Below, piece after piece: positions 16,805 through 25,674 of a stretch of DNA of 44,292 bases. This DNA comes from Blastocatellia bacterium (GTDB lineage: Bacteria; Acidobacteriota; Blastocatellia; RBC074), in contig JANPFS010000166.1 of the NCBI GenBank assembly GCA_031423535.1, positions 1 to 44,292 on the forward strand. Direction: 5' to 3'. Position numbers and translations under genes: made by a program. Position 1 is the first letter of the stretch, and the number at the start of each line of letters is the position of its first letter. A model generated the notes under the pieces. The model saw only the letters and a program-made list of their open reading frames with translations. It was not told the DNA's origin and ran no database searches.

Positions 16805-17497
16805 ATGAGTGAAGAAAACGACGCAGAAAAAGAAGCGCAGGCCATCATCTACCGTGATCCCCACGACGTTGGTCTCCTGGCATCGCTTGCCAAGAGCTTG
16901 ACCTGGGTGTCGCTTTTGTTGGCCACCTCGCTGGTTGCCAATGGCGTGCTGTATCTGCGCCGACCGGATCGCATCGTGGCGGTGCGCTCGCCGGATGGTG
17001 CTGAACGTGTAGTGATCTTGAACAATCGTAATTTTGGTGAAGTGGATGGTGTGTCCATGCAGCCGGATGATTTGGGGCTGGGTGACAAAATTTATTTGGC
17101 GAAACGGTGCGTGGAGCTGTTCTATGGGATCAATCCCCAAACCCGCGCTGATGATATGAAGCAGTTCTTTGGCCTGCTCCATCCTTCCTTTGCGGGCGCA
17201 CTCTCGAAGATGCTGCAAGAGAAACGCGTCCCTCAAACAGAACGCGAAGAAGCCTGGCAATCCGTCTGGACGCTCAAGACTGCCGAACTGGATAAACGTG
17301 ATCCCTATATCGTTCGGGTGGTGGGCCAACAGGAATTGACGAGGGTCTTGGATGTCGCGGTTAAACGCGAAAGTAGGCTCATCCAAGTGGAAATCAAACT
17401 GGGGGCAGACAAGCGTGGACGCGATGATGCGAACTTGCGCACCGGGTTAGTCCCGATTGGCATGCAGGAAAAGATATTGTCAGCGCAGCCACAATAA
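16805..17497 (+). CDS. trbF: VirB8/TrbF-like bitopic T4SS protein
   Basis: 230 aa with a short cytoplasmic N-terminus and one TM helix (WVSLLLATSLVANGVLYL) before a periplasmic domain. Lies before the trbG-like and trbI-like genes. GAGGA SD upstream. Confidence 0.5.
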   Translation: MSEENDAEKEAQAIIYRDPHDVGLLASLAKSLTWVSLLLATSLVANGVLYLRRPDRIVAVRSPDGAERVVILNNRNFGEVDGVSMQPDDLGLGDKIYLAKRCVELFYGINPQTRADDMKQFFGLLHPSFAGALSKMLQEKRVPQTEREEAWQSVWTLKTAELDKRDPYIVRVVGQQELTRVLDVAVKRESRLIQVEIKLGADKRGRDDANLRTGLVPIGMQEKILSAQPQ

Positions 17498-17527
17498 CGG
17501 GAATATCCCCTCACCGGAGAAAATCTT

Positions 17528-19033
17528 ATGCAAAATGTAGCGATCTATCTCTTGAGTTTGTCTCTCCTTTGCGGTGCAGCAATTGGGCAGGCAAAGAAAC
17601 AAAAGGCTCCGACTCCCAAGCGAGATCCCATTGTGGCGGTCGAGCAAGCGCAAGTCAGAGCGTATCAATCAGGCGATGTCCGGGTGGATGTTGTCACCAA
17701 CGTTTCGCCGACCATTCAATTGGGAATGGCACAGAGCGCCTTCATCAACGTAGAATTGCCTGCGAATGACCGCATCTTTGCGGTTCATTCCGGCGATAAC
17801 TCGCTCGTCACCTTTGACGAGACTTTTAAGAATCGCAAATATCATTTCGTGATTCTACGACCCGGCACCGGCTTTAATGCGCCGGAAAAAGGACACGGTA
17901 ATGGGGTGACGGTGGGAATCCAAATGGACAGCGGCATGTTTCTGATGCTGGTGATTTATCCCGTCAAAGCGGTCAGTGAGAACGCGCATCGCTGTGTGGT
18001 CAATTATGACCCAGCCATGATTATTGATTCGCGCGCGCGCATGAACCTGCAAGTGGGATTGGTGGATGGCGTACCGCGGGTAGCTCCTGTCAAAGAGAAA
18101 GGCAAGACAACCATACTCGAATCCTCGCCAGAAGATGAAGCACCTGCCCCTGTCGAAGAACGGAGAGTCCCAGTCGCGACTGTCCCAGACGCATCTGTCC
18201 CAGTCGCGATTGTCCCAGTCGCGACTGTCCCAAATACGCCTGCTCCTGTCGCTTTAGTTCAAAATCCGACCCTGCCAGCTCAACGACCGCAGGCTCAACC
18301 GACGCCCGTTGCTCCTCTTCAGCAAGTTGCGCCAGCGCCGCAACCGCGTATCAAACCAACCGTCGTGGCAACGTCGCCATCCATCAAGGTTGCGGTCAAC
18401 CCAACAGCGAAAGTACCTGTCCCGCCGCCCTTGAAAGTTCCAGTCGCATCTGTTCCGGTAGTCGCGCAACCTGTTGCTCAGCCGTCCATCAATTCGGCTT
18501 GGGGCGTCACGACGACGGATGTTCCCGCTAAATCCAAAAAGCGATGGCCCTGGTCAAAAGACAAACTGCCGGTCGAGGGTGAGGAAATTCTGGCCCAGCA
18601 AGCGATCCTGCAAGCAAAACCCGTCCAAACGGCTAAGAATATCGTGGCTGGTCGCACCTCTTTCTCGGCACAAGGCCGTGGCTTACTGGTTAACGCATGG
18701 GAAGGTGTAGGAACGCCCGATGTCTTGTTGCTATACGTCGAAGTCCGCAATATTTCCAAGCAGGGCTTAAAACTCATCGGCGACCAGCCCGATGTCTTTA
18801 TCGAAACGTTCGGCACCAAAAAGGCGAGACTCAACATCGAAAACGTCGCTGCTAAAACGGTTAAAGGCTTTCCTGACAAAGGCTGGATGAATCCCGGCGA
18901 CGTGAAGGTCATGGAAGTTCGCTTCACACGTCCGACCCTTGGCATTCAGCAACGGCTCAAAGTCAATGTCGCGCAATCCCTCGCTGCCGATGACCCGGTT
19001 GTGATTGACCTGACCGCGAATGATCGGAAATAG
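17528..19033 (+). CDS. trbG: VirB9/TrbG-like protein with a Pro/Val-rich insertion
   Basis: Signal peptide. Lies between the trbF-like and trbI-like genes. The central region VPVATVPDASVPVAIVPVATVPNTPAPV... contains the CAGTCGCGACTG palindromes. Confidence 0.5.
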   Translation: MQNVAIYLLSLSLLCGAAIGQAKKQKAPTPKRDPIVAVEQAQVRAYQSGDVRVDVVTNVSPTIQLGMAQSAFINVELPANDRIFAVHSGDNSLVTFDETFKNRKYHFVILRPGTGFNAPEKGHGNGVTVGIQMDSGMFLMLVIYPVKAVSENAHRCVVNYDPAMIIDSRARMNLQVGLVDGVPRVAPVKEKGKTTILESSPEDEAPAPVEERRVPVATVPDASVPVAIVPVATVPNTPAPVALVQNPTLPAQRPQAQPTPVAPLQQVAPAPQPRIKPTVVATSPSIKVAVNPTAKVPVPPPLKVPVASVPVVAQPVAQPSINSAWGVTTTDVPAKSKKRWPWSKDKLPVEGEEILAQQAILQAKPVQTAKNIVAGRTSFSAQGRGLLVNAWEGVGTPDVLLLYVEVRNISKQGLKLIGDQPDVFIETFGTKKARLNIENVAAKTVKGFPDKGWMNPGDVKVMEVRFTRPTLGIQQRLKVNVAQSLAADDPVVIDLTANDRK

Positions 19034-19086
19034 AATTGGCAGTTAGACAGGTAGGCGAATTTACGACTCCCGCGAAAGGACAAACA

Positions 19087-20493
19087 ATGCTGCGAAACAA
19101 ACAAGTAGAAACTGACGAAGAGTTGGAAAATGGGGATGAGTTGAAGGCTGAAGAAGTCAACGACGTCCTCGGCGATACCACTAAGGGATTGCCCGACGAA
19201 AAACCGAAGAAAAAGCGCAAGACCGTCGGGTTGATTGTGCTTGGATTGACCGTTCTGGGTGTGTTGGCGGGTGGCTGGTATATCCTCGCTCCAAGTTCCG
19301 TCGAAGTAGACCGCACAGCACAAGAAGCGAAAACCAAACAAGTTGAAGAGGCGCAGGCTACCAAAACGGAAGCTGTTAACAAGGTGATTGGCCTCTACGA
19401 AGTGCCGAAGACGGATGCGAATGGGAGGATCGTTCCAGTGACTCCGGCTCCCACAACCTCTCCCGCATCTGGCATGACGATTGGTGCGATTGGCAGCAAA
19501 CAGGCCGTTGATACTGACCCGGCCTTAAAACCACCGACCACCGGGCAAACTTCTGGATCGGGCCAAACCTCTTTACTGGCACCCAACGGCTCCGGCAACC
19601 AAACGAAGCCGCAGGCTTCACCGACACAAAACCCCAATGCCGGCAATTCGCAAATATGGAATGGATCCAAAGGCGGGGCTGTTGCCGGGCAACCTTCCAC
19701 TCCCAATCAAAACAAGAGCGTGCTCTTTGATGAAGTGGAGGTCAAAAAGAAAGACGAAGCCGCCATTAGAACTGCCGCGCCGTCGGGCATTCCCGTTGAC
19801 CCGAAGGCACTTGCCAAGAAAACGCCAATTCTCGGTACCATGCTTCCTGTCACTCTGATGGGCGCAGTTTATACACATGGCATAGAAAGCTTGGTGCGCC
19901 TTCATCTGAGTCGTGATGTCAGTGGTGATGGCTGGGCGTTCAAAAAAGGAACTCTCTTTGTGGGCAAGGTCAAAGGCTCACTGCAAGATCGGGCGTTTGT
20001 GGATGTCATTGGCTACCTGGGTGTGGAAACGAATCAGTTGATCAAGCTTGGTGGGCAGGTGACGGGTGATGATGGCGGCGCTGGTTTGAAGGGCAATAAA
20101 AAACGACTGACTCCGATCATGGGCAAAGTGCTGGATCGGCTCTTACAATCGGGGACGCAGATTCTTTCTCAACGCTTGGGGCGTAACAATGGCTCCGTCT
20201 TTATTAGTCCGCAGGATTTTCAATCGCAACAGCAATCCAATGGTGGGCAACAATATTATGTGGAGGTTCCAGCAGGAATTGATGGCTATATCATGATCTC
20301 GGAAATCGGCAATACTTCGTTATCAGGAAATGTGGCTCCGGCAGTAGAAAAACAGATGACTGGCACAGAGTTTGCAGAGATATTGTCGAGTGGTGAGGTG
20401 GATCGGCTGCGCGCCAGCCTCTCAAGAATGTCCCCTGAGATGCGGCGCGCAGCCGAAGATGTTCTGAAGGAAACAGGATACTCTCCGAATTAA
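19087..20493 (+). CDS. trbI: VirB10/TrbI-like T4SS protein
   Basis: One TM helix (VGLIVLGLTVLGVLAGGWYIL), then a Pro/Thr-rich linker and a C-terminal block LGTMLPVTLMGAVYTH...KKGTLFVGKVKGSLQDRAFVDV typical of VirB10. The ATG at 19087 has an AAAGGA SD; the track start 19036 is the alternative. Confidence 0.7.
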   Translation: MLRNKQVETDEELENGDELKAEEVNDVLGDTTKGLPDEKPKKKRKTVGLIVLGLTVLGVLAGGWYILAPSSVEVDRTAQEAKTKQVEEAQATKTEAVNKVIGLYEVPKTDANGRIVPVTPAPTTSPASGMTIGAIGSKQAVDTDPALKPPTTGQTSGSGQTSLLAPNGSGNQTKPQASPTQNPNAGNSQIWNGSKGGAVAGQPSTPNQNKSVLFDEVEVKKKDEAAIRTAAPSGIPVDPKALAKKTPILGTMLPVTLMGAVYTHGIESLVRLHLSRDVSGDGWAFKKGTLFVGKVKGSLQDRAFVDVIGYLGVETNQLIKLGGQVTGDDGGAGLKGNKKRLTPIMGKVLDRLLQSGTQILSQRLGRNNGSVFISPQDFQSQQQSNGGQQYYVEVPAGIDGYIMISEIGNTSLSGNVAPAVEKQMTGTEFAEILSSGEVDRLRASLSRMSPEMRRAAEDVLKETGYSPN

Positions 20494-20531
20494 GTCTTGG
20501 TCTTGTTTTTGTTTCGTTCTGATCGAAGCAC

Positions 20532-20570
20532 GTGCGGTGGTCGTTGAAAGATGGCCACCGCACTTTTTTT
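20532..20570 (+). terminator. rho-independent terminator after the trbI-like gene
   Basis: Stem GTGCGGTGG (20532-20540) / CCACCGCAC (20555-20563), followed by T7 at 20564-20570. Confidence 0.85.
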
Positions 20571-20582
20571 GTAGCATTCGAT

Positions 20583-21605
20583 ATGGCAATCAATCCTCGC
20601 ACAATTTTGGAAACAGAAGGCGTGGACTCGGTGCTGGCACGATTGGAGTCCGCCGGGTACATCGTGCAGGCTGAATTGATTGCTTCTTTCGTGAATGCGC
20701 TCCGACTCTGCAAACCGTTTTACGTCGAAGGCCCGGCTGGCGTAGGTAAAACCGCACTCGCTGAATGTTTGGCCGTCGCCTTTGATCTCCCGATGTTTGT
20801 TCTCCAAGGCGTCGAAGACCTCTCCATCGCCGACACCCTCTATTGCTGGGACACGGAAGAACAAGACCGCTGGCTCTCGCAGATGGTCACCGCGTCTTTA
20901 CAGCAGAATCCGAATGTGAATCTCATCGAATTGCTTGCGAGCTTGCGCGAACAAAAGTTCTCCAAAGAGTTCATCGTGCTCGGTGAGATTACCAAAGCCT
21001 TTGAGTACGCCGCGACAACGAAGCAGCCGTGTCTGCTGCTGGTGGATGAAGTAGACAAGCTCCAGCGCAAGATTCAAAACATGATGCTGGCGCTCTTCGC
21101 GCGTGGCACCATGCGGATTCCACGCTATGAAGGAACGATCGGGATTGCGGAGAAAGAATTCTGGCCGATTATCGTGGTGACTTCCAACGCCGAATCGCCT
21201 GTCTCACATCCGTTCCGTTCGCGTCACTCGTTTGCTGTCCTGCCGCGTCCTGGGCTGAAAGATGAGCTACGGATTCTCCAACGCAAAGTCCCAAGCGCTC
21301 CGTCTACGCTGGTTGCGCAAGTGGCCTTGATCGTGAGCGCGTTTCGTCTCAAGAGTGGCTTTGTCGAGTATCCCGGCATTCGGGAGGCCGAAGATTTCTT
21401 ACGCCTCCTGTGGCAACAAAAAACTACGCACATTACCCCGAAAGTCTTGGGCGATTGCGCGGGATTACTCGCGAAAAACGCCAATGATTTTATGCGGTTT
21501 CTAAAACCAGACACGCTGGATTATTTGCTGGCAGAAAGTGAGATGAAGCATGGAGAAGTGGAAGATTTTCTGGCGGCAAATAAAACGTTGCTGGCAACAG
21601 AATGA
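20583..21605 (+). CDS. MoxR-like / AAA_5-type AAA+ ATPase
   Basis: Walker A in FYVEGPAGVGKTALAECLA and Walker B in CLLLVDEVDKLQ, followed by IIVVTSNAE. Start set at the ATG at 20583, because the track start 20532 lies inside the terminator hairpin. Confidence 0.7.
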   Translation: MAINPRTILETEGVDSVLARLESAGYIVQAELIASFVNALRLCKPFYVEGPAGVGKTALAECLAVAFDLPMFVLQGVEDLSIADTLYCWDTEEQDRWLSQMVTASLQQNPNVNLIELLASLREQKFSKEFIVLGEITKAFEYAATTKQPCLLLVDEVDKLQRKIQNMMLALFARGTMRIPRYEGTIGIAEKEFWPIIVVTSNAESPVSHPFRSRHSFAVLPRPGLKDELRILQRKVPSAPSTLVAQVALIVSAFRLKSGFVEYPGIREAEDFLRLLWQQKTTHITPKVLGDCAGLLAKNANDFMRFLKPDTLDYLLAESEMKHGEVEDFLAANKTLLATE

Positions 21606-21688
21606 GGCGGCGGCGATCATTCTCATGGGGGCAGTGACGCTCTACTGGGTTGTGTTGGCGTTTTGGTTTTATCTGCAAGACGACTAAG

Positions 21689-21720
21689 AGTCAGCTAAAA
21701 GTTAGCTAAAAGTCAGCTAA
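21689..21720. repeat. three tandem 11-bp repeats AGTYAGCTAAA
   Basis: AGTCAGCTAAA at 21689-21699, AGTTAGCTAAA at 21700-21710 and AGTCAGCTAA at 21711-21720. They lie about 28 bp upstream of the ATG at 21748. Confidence 0.85.
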
Positions 21721-21747
21721 TTGGAATCAGAAATAACGAGGAACTTT

Positions 21748-22482
21748 ATGCAAAACTGGATGGAAAAATACGAACGAATCAAAACTCTTCTGCTTGATCA
21801 TGTGTCAGCGATGATGGTGCTCGGCACAATCGTCTTACTCTTGGGGGGCTATATGGCTTTTGTCTCCTACCAGCGTCGGAGTATGCAGGTGGATGTGAGC
21901 ATTAAGGATGAGACGAAATTCACCGAAGCGCAGATTGCCGCTGCCAATCAAAAGATTCAGCCGGTGATTCCCAAGATGCCATCGCTCTACCGCGAAGCCG
22001 ACCGGCTGCGCATCGCCCAAGCCTTAGCCGCCATTGCAACGGCGATGTATGTCCAGTCCAATGTTGAGGATGTGAATGCGCGTCGGACGAACACCTACAG
22101 CGGCGAGGTTATTCTGCAAAAATTACTGGCGGCTCAACTATTGCCGCCCGGCGTAGACTTCATCGGCAACGGACGTTGCGAGTCTGAACACGGTGTCTAC
22201 GACATCCGTGTTGAGCCAAACCGTCAGATCATCGAAGTGTTTGCCTTCGGTAAGCCGAATGGTGAGAACGGCGATACTTACCTGATTCAATTGAATCCAT
22301 CGGATGTTGAGCAAACTGTTCGCACCTGGCGCACGAAGGAAAAGATGACGTCCGTTGCCGTGGGACTTCAGCCGGTGCAATTCATGGAGGCTGGCTGGAC
22401 TTCCGAGAGGTTGCACGATATTCCGCTGGAAGCCGACGATAAGGCTCGCGTGCAAGTATGGGTTCGGAATGGTGGCAAGTGA
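21748..22482 (+). CDS. hypothetical membrane-anchored protein (244 aa)
   Basis: The ATG at 21748 is preceded by GAGGA. One N-terminal TM helix (VSAMMVLGTIVLLLGGYMAFV). No motif recognised. Confidence 0.55.
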   Translation: MQNWMEKYERIKTLLLDHVSAMMVLGTIVLLLGGYMAFVSYQRRSMQVDVSIKDETKFTEAQIAAANQKIQPVIPKMPSLYREADRLRIAQALAAIATAMYVQSNVEDVNARRTNTYSGEVILQKLLAAQLLPPGVDFIGNGRCESEHGVYDIRVEPNRQIIEVFAFGKPNGENGDTYLIQLNPSDVEQTVRTWRTKEKMTSVAVGLQPVQFMEAGWTSERLHDIPLEADDKARVQVWVRNGGK

Positions 22483-22569
22483 TGTGGCTTTCCGAAGCGA
22501 TGGTGCAATTCGTTTTTCTGCTGGCCTACGAATTCTTGTACGGCCCAAACCAAAACGTGAATCGAACCG

Positions 22570-24945
22570 ATGAAGGATTGGTTTGGCCGCCTGTTAGTAA
22601 GGAACTCCCTGATGAAAAACCTGTTTGAGATTATCAAGTTTGTCCTGTCCTTGTATCGGAAGTACAAGTCGCCGGTCACCGTTGCCAACCAACTCGATTC
22701 GGTCTATCCGATTCCACGCCCAACGGATACGCCTTTCCTGCCGCCCTATCACGCGATCCAGGCGCTCATCAGCATTGGCACCAGAATGTTTACCATTGGG
22801 GTGGCGAGTTGCTTGGGCGTGCTGGGTTGGTGTGGCGCGTTTTACTTTTTACGACTGGACTTTTTTGGTGTGGCAGGCGTGGTGCTGGTGTTTGTGTTGC
22901 TTGGCACCGTGTTGATTGCCTACGCCGAAGCCAAGCAATTGCCGCTGATTTACGAGCGCACACAACAACGCGTGTCACAAGGCACAGCCTTCTGGATGGA
23001 ACCAGAAATGATGGAGGATTCCGGCATCCTGTTTGATAGTGATGACGAGGGGTTGGACGCTGTGAATCATTTGGTGGCAAATTTCTTCCGTTTCTTTGGC
23101 GTGAAAATGGAACGGAAAGCCAAAGATAAGGTTCTGCCGCCGGATGAGGGATTTCTGGAAATTGGGCGGCACGGCTCGAAAACGATTGGCCTCCCCTGGA
23201 ATTTATGTTCCCGCCATTTGGTGTTGTTTGGGAAAACTGGCTCCGGCAAATCGAAGACGTATTTCCTCAATATGATTCGGCGCTGGGCGGGAAAGGGAAG
23301 TGTGATTGCGCTTGATCCCAAAGGCGAACTGATGTGGCAAACCGGCAGCTCGTTCAAGAAAGTCTTTCGGTTCAATCTGGTAGACCCGCTGGATAGCGAT
23401 CACTGGAACTTCATTCCCGATTGCCAGGATTCGGTAGTGGCTGCGGATGTCACTTCCATCATGTTACAGCTTGACCCGACGGCGAAAAAGGGTGGCGGGA
23501 TGGATCCATTCTGGGAAAACGCAGAAGCGCTCTGCTTGTGGTCGCTCCTGATGTTTCTCTCGACGCGCACCAATCCTGACGGTTCAGGGATGATCCCTGC
23601 CGATATTTCGCGCTTCATTTCTTCGCCGGATGACTTTGCCACTCCCGAACAGATCGAAGAAGCACGCCGAATCGCTGATACCTCACCCAGCAAAAGCTTC
23701 AATGTCTCGCTCATCAATATTCTGTTGTTGTTTGTGAGAAGTGGCTTGGGGAAGGAAATCAAGAACGCCTGGGGGATGTTCACGACCATCAAGCAGGAAG
23801 GCCACGCCAACGTGTTGCTGGGGTTGGGCGTCAAGGTGCGCAGCTTTACGGTTCCCACCGCGCGTGATTTAGCACAGCCCATTGGTAATAAAGACAATGC
23901 GCGCTGGATTACCTTCAAGGATTTGCGCCAACCGGGAACTGCCATCTTCCTCATCATCAACGAAGGCGATACCGGCACGTATCAAGCTTTGCTCGCTACC
24001 TTTATGGGAATGGCAACTCAGGCCTTGCGCAAGTCGGGTATGCGCGACGACGAAGCGAAAGTCCTCTGTTTGTTTGATGAAGCCGGCAACGTCCCGATCT
24101 GGGGCTTGGGTGAAATGCTCGGCCTCGGTCGTGGTCGTAAAATGGCGGTGGTGTGTTGCTACCAGACCGTCAATCAACTGTTCAAGCAGTACGGCAGTGA
24201 TGGTGGTAATGCCATCCTTGAATTGTTTACGAATTACATCTTTCTGCCCGGTGCGACCAATCAAACGGCGGAACTGGCCACAAAGCTCCTGGACAAGGTC
24301 ACCACTTGGTCACACACCGCTGTGGATGTGGTCGGTGGTTCCGGGGGTGACAATGAGCGCTCGTCTGAAATTGGGCGTGAGCTGATGACCACAGGAGAAG
24401 TTCGCCAACTGGTAGAATATCGGCAGGCCCTGGCAATTGTCGCAACCTTTCCTCCGATTAAGATGGCCTTCCCGAAATTTGCCTTTGATCCCAAGCGTCC
24501 GAAGTTTGAGATCAAAACTGAGCCGCGCGCCGCCCTGCCAGCTACATCCATAAGCATCGAAGAAGATGTCTATCCTGAACAAACGGAAGTTGCGTCGGAT
24601 GCTGTTGCGCAGTCAATTCTCCCACTCGCAAGTGTTCCAGTCGCGACTGTTCCACTCGCGACTGTTCCAGACGCGTCTGTTCCAGCCGTTGCTGTGTCTG
24701 TCGTAACCGAACCTCCTGCTCCGGTTGTTCCGGTGGTGGTTCCAATGGTACCCGCATCATCTTCTACACCGGTTGATTATTTTGACCAGCTTGGTGGAAA
24801 GGTTGCTGCTTCAGCAACAACCTTATCTAGTGACGATAGCTCTTCGGGGTCGCGGGATCGGCAACGCGGGCGTCTGATCAAAAAAACTCCCCAATATGAC
24901 AACATTGATCAGGAAATGATCGACCGGGACCCGACGTTGTTGTAA
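22570..24945 (+). CDS. traG: type IV coupling protein (VirD4/TraG family)
   Basis: N-terminal TM helices. Walker A in LVLFGKTGSGKSKTYFLN and Walker B in VLCLFDEAGNVP. The C-terminal Pro/Val-rich tail contains the CAGTCGCGACTG motif. Confidence 0.85.
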   Translation: MKDWFGRLLVRNSLMKNLFEIIKFVLSLYRKYKSPVTVANQLDSVYPIPRPTDTPFLPPYHAIQALISIGTRMFTIGVASCLGVLGWCGAFYFLRLDFFGVAGVVLVFVLLGTVLIAYAEAKQLPLIYERTQQRVSQGTAFWMEPEMMEDSGILFDSDDEGLDAVNHLVANFFRFFGVKMERKAKDKVLPPDEGFLEIGRHGSKTIGLPWNLCSRHLVLFGKTGSGKSKTYFLNMIRRWAGKGSVIALDPKGELMWQTGSSFKKVFRFNLVDPLDSDHWNFIPDCQDSVVAADVTSIMLQLDPTAKKGGGMDPFWENAEALCLWSLLMFLSTRTNPDGSGMIPADISRFISSPDDFATPEQIEEARRIADTSPSKSFNVSLINILLLFVRSGLGKEIKNAWGMFTTIKQEGHANVLLGLGVKVRSFTVPTARDLAQPIGNKDNARWITFKDLRQPGTAIFLIINEGDTGTYQALLATFMGMATQALRKSGMRDDEAKVLCLFDEAGNVPIWGLGEMLGLGRGRKMAVVCCYQTVNQLFKQYGSDGGNAILELFTNYIFLPGATNQTAELATKLLDKVTTWSHTAVDVVGGSGGDNERSSEIGRELMTTGEVRQLVEYRQALAIVATFPPIKMAFPKFAFDPKRPKFEIKTEPRAALPATSISIEEDVYPEQTEVASDAVAQSILPLASVPVATVPLATVPDASVPAVAVSVVTEPPAPVVPVVVPMVPASSSTPVDYFDQLGGKVAASATTLSSDDSSSGSRDRQRGRLIKKTPQYDNIDQEMIDRDPTLL

Positions 24946-24985
24946 CGATCAAATAAAATTCGGCGCTACCACTAGGGACAATTCT

Positions 24986-25513
24986 ATGAACAATTTTGGC
25001 GATAAGAAAAAATTCTTCTTCGTGACTTATGGTATCTCGATTTTGGCGATGGTGATCTGCCTCGGTGCCTTTCTCTATCGCGGTTATGCCGACGATAAAG
25101 CCATCGAAGCGTTTCTCCCCCAATGCAAAGCCCGCAGTTTCGTGAAACTGCTAGTCGAGTATCACAAGGCCAAACAACAATTTCCCTCCGACTGGAATGA
25201 GCTAAAAGTGGCGACACCTACGCTCCAAAAGGTGGAATGGAAATCCGTCGGGCCGCAGCAAATTGTGTTGGGAAATTATCGGTATGTGCTGTCTCGTCTG
25301 CCGGAAGATCGGGCGGTACTCTGGGCATTCCCCGTCGGTGACTATCGCACGCGCGGCCCCGCCTACTGTGTGATTCTCGGCGCAACGTGGGCGCGCGTCT
25401 GGGGACGACGTGCGTTGTCCGATGAAGCCATCTTCTCGTTGCCGGTGATCCCGACAATGGAGATGCTGGCGAAGGCTGGGTTTCAGGAAGTCGAAACCTC
25501 GAAGCTGCAATAG
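24986..25513 (+). CDS. hypothetical membrane-anchored protein (175 aa)
   Basis: ORF track. One TM helix (FFFVTYGISILAMVICLGAFLY). Followed by a terminator hairpin. Confidence 0.5.
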   Translation: MNNFGDKKKFFFVTYGISILAMVICLGAFLYRGYADDKAIEAFLPQCKARSFVKLLVEYHKAKQQFPSDWNELKVATPTLQKVEWKSVGPQQIVLGNYRYVLSRLPEDRAVLWAFPVGDYRTRGPAYCVILGATWARVWGRRALSDEAIFSLPVIPTMEMLAKAGFQEVETSKLQ

Positions 25514-25539
25514 GAAATTGAGAGCTTTAGTGTTAAGAG

Positions 25540-25567
25540 AAAGGCCACTCAATTGTAAGTGGCCTTT
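25540..25567. terminator. bidirectional terminator-like hairpin
   Basis: AAAGGCCACT (25540-25549) / AGTGGCCTTT (25558-25567) with an 8-nt loop. The flanks are T-rich on both strands. Confidence 0.6.
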
Positions 25568-25595
25568 CTCTTTGGGTGGGATGCCATAGGACGCA

Positions 25596-25652
25596 TTACC
25601 GATTATACATGTTGTCGTAATGACTTGCATGCACTGCTGCCGCTGCAATTTC
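25596..25652 (-). pseudogene. orphan C-terminal remnant homologous to the tail of the 1253-aa protein
   Basis: Encodes EIAAAAVHASHYDNMYNR-stop, against EIAAAVAQASHYDDMYDR-stop at the end of gene 28674..32435. Frame and stop position are the same. It has no upstream coding continuation, and track ORF 25596..25799 otherwise overlaps the methyltransferase gene. Confidence 0.65.
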
Positions 25653-25674
25653 AAGAACAGAACGGCAATGCCCG

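Larger units (their letters stand above)
25535..25652. repeat. diverged direct repeat, copy A (terminator hairpin plus the last 18 codons of a homologue of the 1253-aa gene)
   Basis: Aligns by eye at roughly four-fifths identity with 28620-28730, with a few short indels. Confidence 0.75.

Noticed and set aside
16745-17386. 213-aa minus-strand ORF inside the trbF-like gene
   Set aside because: It is antisense to a syntenic T4SS gene that has a good SD. Its composition is biased in the way shadow frames usually are.
20532-20582. Upstream extension of the MoxR-like ORF (track start 20532)
   Set aside because: The extension consists of the rho-independent terminator hairpin and its T-tract. The ATG at 20583 is the credible start.
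20583-21605. Calling this ATPase TrbB/VirB11
   Set aside because: Its Walker A (GPAGVGKT) and Walker B (LLLVDEVDK) match MoxR/AAA_5, not the VirB11 GxTGSGKTT type. It is also separated from the T4SS operon by a strong terminator.
21625-21687. 20-codon hydrophobic mini-ORF (MGAVTLYWVVLAFWFYLQDD) after the AAA+ ATPase gene
   Set aside because: It is too short to support from sequence alone and has no convincing SD. It is noted only as a possibility.
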